Part shown: positions 59,921-64,000 of the stretch, piece after piece | How positions within the stretch are numbered: position 1 is the stretch's first letter | Layout: the number at the start of each line of letters is the position of its first letter | NCBI GenBank assembly: GCA_028534125.1 | Contig: CM052818.1 | Span: 45,758,001-45,822,000, forward strand | Direction: 5' to 3' | Source of the DNA: Lama glama | Taxonomy: Eukaryota | DNA: 64,000 bases | Translations under genes and position numbers: made by a program | Notes under the pieces: generated by a model | What the model was told of the DNA's origin: nothing | What the model saw: the letters and a program-made list of their open reading frames with translations, nothing else | Database searches by the model: none

Positions 59921-62339
59921 GGGACTGGAGGGCAGGGAACAGCCCAGGCGGGAGCTGGGCAGGTGCAGGCAGACTAGAGCTTGCCTGGAGATCCAGGAGC
60001 CTGGCCTGGAGAACGCACAGACCTAGGGACCTGGAGGCGGCCCAGGGGTCTGCAGGTGGCCCAGCGGATGCCACTTCTCGGGTTGCCAGCCGAGTCGCCC
60101 GACCCTCCCAGGAGCACTTTCTCAGCTCTGGTTGCCTCTGTCCGGCAGTCATCAAGTAGTCTAGGAGAGTCCCTGGTCCGGTCTGATAGGACAGCAAGCT
60201 GGAGGAACTTTACAAAGCAGAAGATGGGGGAAGCATCCGATGGCCTCAGGCTTCCATCCCTCTCACGAGCCTGTTGCCTTCACGAGAGGCTGGGGTGCAG
60301 CCAAGCTGACCTCCCCGCAATCCTGCCTGACCAGGAGCCGTAAGGTGCTGGATGTGGGAAGTGGCTTCTCCTGCCCCTCAGGCAGGTGTGAGAGGGTTGG
60401 GACCCTTAGCCCTCCTGCCTCCCCAACTCTGTGCTTCAGGGTCCAGGTGGGGTGCGGGGCTGGGGTGCCTTGGCTTCTCCATCTGCTCCTCGGGCTCTGG
60501 TGCAAGCAGACATGCGTTCACACCTAGGCCCTGTCACTCTATCATGACTCTCCGGAAAAGCCCTGTGTCCCCGTGTTGTCACAGATCTGATGGCAGGAAA
60601 AGAGTTGTGACTGTCTGACTTGACAGTGTCTGGAGAGTGAGGGATAGGGTGGCCCTGTGGCGCTGTGACACTGGGCCAGGAGAGCTGAGAGCCCAGGCCT
60701 AGGGTAGTATGTGAGGGAACTAAAAGCCGGTGACAGAGGCTGGAGCCCCCAGGAGGGTCCCTTAGGGAGGACCACCCGCAGTGTGGGAAGCATGAGAAAA
60801 TGGGTCACTGAGCCCTGCCCTCAGGATGGATGCCCATGGGGGTGGGACATCGAGGGGCCGGGTAGGAGCCTGATGGTGCCAGGGCACTGGGGCAGGTGCT
60901 GGGGCTGAGTTCCCTTCGGCCTCGCCGTGCAGAGTGTGGCCCTGTGGTCTGGCTCTGGCGGCGGGCCCCAGCCCTGCAGGCAGGTGACATGGCCCCCCTT
61001 GGGGGCCAGAAGTCCTCTCCTACTCACAGGTGTGGCCTGCAGGCCCAAGCAAAAAGGGGGGAGGCAGGATGGACTGGGGGGCCCTGTGCCAGTGACATGT
61101 GACTCCTGGAAACTTTAGGGGCCTGGACTTATCTGGAAGCCAGAGCTGGAAGTGGGGGAAAGGGTGTAGCGTCGCGCCAGCTGTGGCCGTGCGCCTGGGC
61201 CAGAGAGAGGAGGGTGGCCGTCTTCCAGCTGAGCCAGACATTCACAGTCCAGCCCCTGCCTGGCCGTTGGCCACACAGAGAAGGCTGCACAAAATTCATG
61301 GAGGCCTGGCCAGCATCTGCTCTTCCCGGGTGGGCGGGCAGGGGGTGGGGAGGCCCCGCTGCACCCCTCTCCCCCTCCTGCCTCTGACCCGGGCTTCTCC
61401 GGGCTCAGACCAGGCTTCCCAACAGGAAGGCTTTCTGGATGCAGGGGTGGCAGGATAGCGGGTCTAGTGGGTGTGAGGCCCCTCAGGGCTGACTGTCCAT
61501 CCCTCCGCACCAAGGGCAGAGGCTGTCGGGGGAGAAACGGCCAGAAAGGAAAGAGGCAGGCAGGGACTCAGTTTCAGACTTTCCTCCCTCAGCTAGTCCT
61601 GCCCACACCAGGCCACCGCGGGGACTGCACAGTGTGTCCCGAGGGCGTGGACAGCTGGGAAACAGGTGTCCTGTGCAGGGGACCTATCTGCGCATCCTGC
61701 CCTTTCCACCCTCCTTGGACCTTACCCAAGATGCCCCTGAGCCTTCCTGACTGTCCACCACCGTGTGCCTCGCGCCGCCTCCTCAGGCCCCGTTGTTGAA
61801 CACTTAGGTTGTCTCCAGATTCCTACTGAGTTTGTTTCAAGCAGCAGATATTTAAGCCAGGCTCCTGCTAAGTGCCTCCCAGGGCGCCGAGGAGAATGAA
61901 GCCCAGTCCTGCTGCCCAGCTAGAGCCCACCTACTCCTGACGCAGGCAGTTGTACGAATAGGATTCCAGTATGCAGGTGGCAGGGGGGCAGCGCCTGGAT
62001 GGGGAGCAGGAGCAGGGCTGCAGGGGACAGAGGGCGGGTCTGGACCCGGCCTGGTGGCTTCCAGCTTAGCTGAGGGGTGATAGGCATCAGCTAGGGAAAG
62101 GGGAAGGGGCCAGTGCTGGGAGGGTGCCGGGGCCAGGTGAGCAGCAGGGGCAGGGCCCCGGGGCTGCAGGACTGCTGGAGCAGGTCGGGGAAGGAGGCCC
62201 ACGTCCATGGGGACCTGGCCGGTGGCCTCTGTCTTACTGGGACACAGCTTGCTGTCAGCTCTGGGTGCAGGTGGACTGGAGCTGTGGAGAAGGGAAGAAA
62301 TTGTTTTCAGATGGTAAATTGACCCAGGTAATCGTTACA

Positions 62340-62735
62340 ATTAAAAACCTTAATTGAGGTCTAATTTATAACATAATAAACCACATCTCTTCAAAGTGTA
62401 CGGTTTTGATCAGTTTTGACTTTGCATTCACCCATAAACCTACGGTCACAATCAAGAAAACAAACATCTCCATCACCCCCAAAGGTCCCTTGTGCCCCTC
62501 TGTGACCCCCCACTCTCCCTGGCCCCACCCCAACCAGGCGTCACTGACTTTCCTGTCACTGGGGATTACTAGGCATGTTCTGGCTTTATGGGAATGAGGT
62601 CACATCGTATGCATTTCTTTTCTGGAGGGAGGGCTGGTTTCTTTAACTTGGCATAATTTTTTTGAGATTTATCCATGTTTCCGGATGTGTCCATAGCTCT
62701 TTCTTTTTACTTCAGAGTGGTGTAGTATCCCACTG
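62340..62735 (-). mobile_element. L1 3' end fragment
   Basis: taattgaggtctaatttataacataataaaccacatctcttcaaagtgtacggttttgatcagttttgac...ttgagatttatccatgtt...gtagtatcccactg. Confidence 0.75.
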
Positions 62736-62749
62736 TGTTCTTCAGCTCC

Positions 62750-63690
62750 GAGGGGGCGTTGAAAACTAAAAACCCAGCAAACATCACAGGGGCCGGAGAG
62801 GAGTTGGAGCTCCTTCGAGGCCCCTTTCCCAGAGAACAGTTATTACTCGGCCTGCCTGGTGGCTCCCTGGAAGACCCTGCTTGCAAGGCTGTCTTTATTT
62901 GACCCAACTCAGCCCACCCAGTGCAAAAAAACCTTTTCCCCAAGGGTACTTGTCAAGAATAGCTGGAAGAAATTATCCAATTTCATAGCTGCTTCAGGGG
63001 GTGGATAACAGCTGGGCAGACAAAGGCCAACTAAGAGACTTAAGAGGAAAAACTGGGCTGTGACAAGGCATAGGTGCTTTGAAAGGCTCTGACACGCTCC
63101 CGGGAGCCTGAAAGGCCATGCACAGTCTAGGGCTATGTGCACACTTGGGCAAGACCTGACGGGGCCCCGAGCTGTCATCTCGGGCTGAGCTGGAGGCCAG
63201 GCCAGCAGGAGGTGAGGGCTAGGGCAGAGCTGTGAGCAGCCTGGCTGAGCAAGGACACTACGCCCCAGCACCTCCATGGAGCCCCTCTGCAAAGACCAGG
63301 AGATTCACTGGTTCCAGATGTTTCAGGAAACCTGACCACCAGTCAAGCACTAAGCTAACTGAGCAGAGATTTGTGTCCACACTAACATGCAACGTCGACT
63401 CTACAGCATTAGTTTAGAAAAATCACTGAACTAACCAATAACAGATCGTGGGGAATGAGAAGAGTCAGATTTCCAGAGTAGCCACATTACATTATCAAGT
63501 TTCAGCCTCAACAAAAAAATCACAAGACATGCAAAGAAAAAAGTGTGGCTCATATTCAGATCAAAAAACAAATCGATAGAAACTGTCCCCGAGGAATCCT
63601 AGATATTGAACTTAATAGACAGAGATTTAAATCAGTAATTTGAAATATATTCACAGATTTACAGGAAATCAGCCTAAAGAACTAAAAGCT
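62750..63690 (+). mobile_element. Old L1 5'/ORF1-start fragment
   Basis: gagtcagatttccagagtagccacatta...caacaaaaaaatcacaagacatgcaaagaaa...atagaaactgtccccgagga...ttgaacttaatagacagagatttaaatcag. Confidence 0.65.
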
Positions 63691-64000
63691 TGAGGATGGT
63701 GTCTCACCGGACAGCACCCCTGGGTGCTGGGGGCTGGCCTGGAGCTGCCTGCATGTCTTCCCCGCTCGCACCCTCTGAGAGCTGCCCGGAGATGGAAAGC
63801 AGGGCTAGGGGCACAGATGCCCCTAAGCGCCCCCACCCAACCCGGAGGGAGCGGGAAGGGAAGCAGCTGGATGAGACCGAGGGGGCCGTCCTGCCCTCTT
63901 CTATTGAGCTGGGCATCCCCGGCTTGGAGGACAGACTGCACAAGAAGAAACATGGGAAAAGAGGAGTCAGCTCTTGGGAGCAAAGTGGAAACTGAAAGTG

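Noticed and set aside
39400..64000. Coding exons of the expected syntenic neighbour GRHL1, or other genes such as the 244-aa ORF at 54166-54900
   Set aside because: No grainyhead-like or other recognisable peptide was seen; the region is repeat-rich intergenic DNA and the neighbour probably lies beyond the window

Overview
Mammalian genomic DNA, most likely camelid, judging by two tRNA-derived vic-1-type SINEs with target-site duplications. It contains two complete, convergent, spliced protein-coding genes. CYS1 (cystin-1) is on the + strand in 3 coding exons (5340-5678, 18802-18857, 21270-21375; 166 aa). KLF11 (TIEG2) is on the - strand in 4 coding exons (38693-38652, 36996-36727, 35487-34521, 31549-31269; 519 aa). 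Each gene starts in a CpG island. The rest is intron and intergenic DNA full of old L1, L2, MIR, MLT and MER relics and simple repeats, with one 500-N assembly gap. Most long ORFs in the six-frame track are GC-rich shadow ORFs. I found no convincing new multi-gene system. The best leads are: a perfect 18-bp GC-rich inverted repeat 8 nt upstream of the CYS1 ATG; a hairpin/palindrome cluster at the probable CYS1 3' end; an orphan CpG island between the two genes' 3' ends; an apparent Arg-to-Cys change in the KLF11 R2 repression motif; and a repeated GC-box/E2F-like module with CRE and CCAAT in KLF11 intron 1. Repeat-family names and boundaries are by eye and approximate. Human comparisons are from recalled sequences and need checking.
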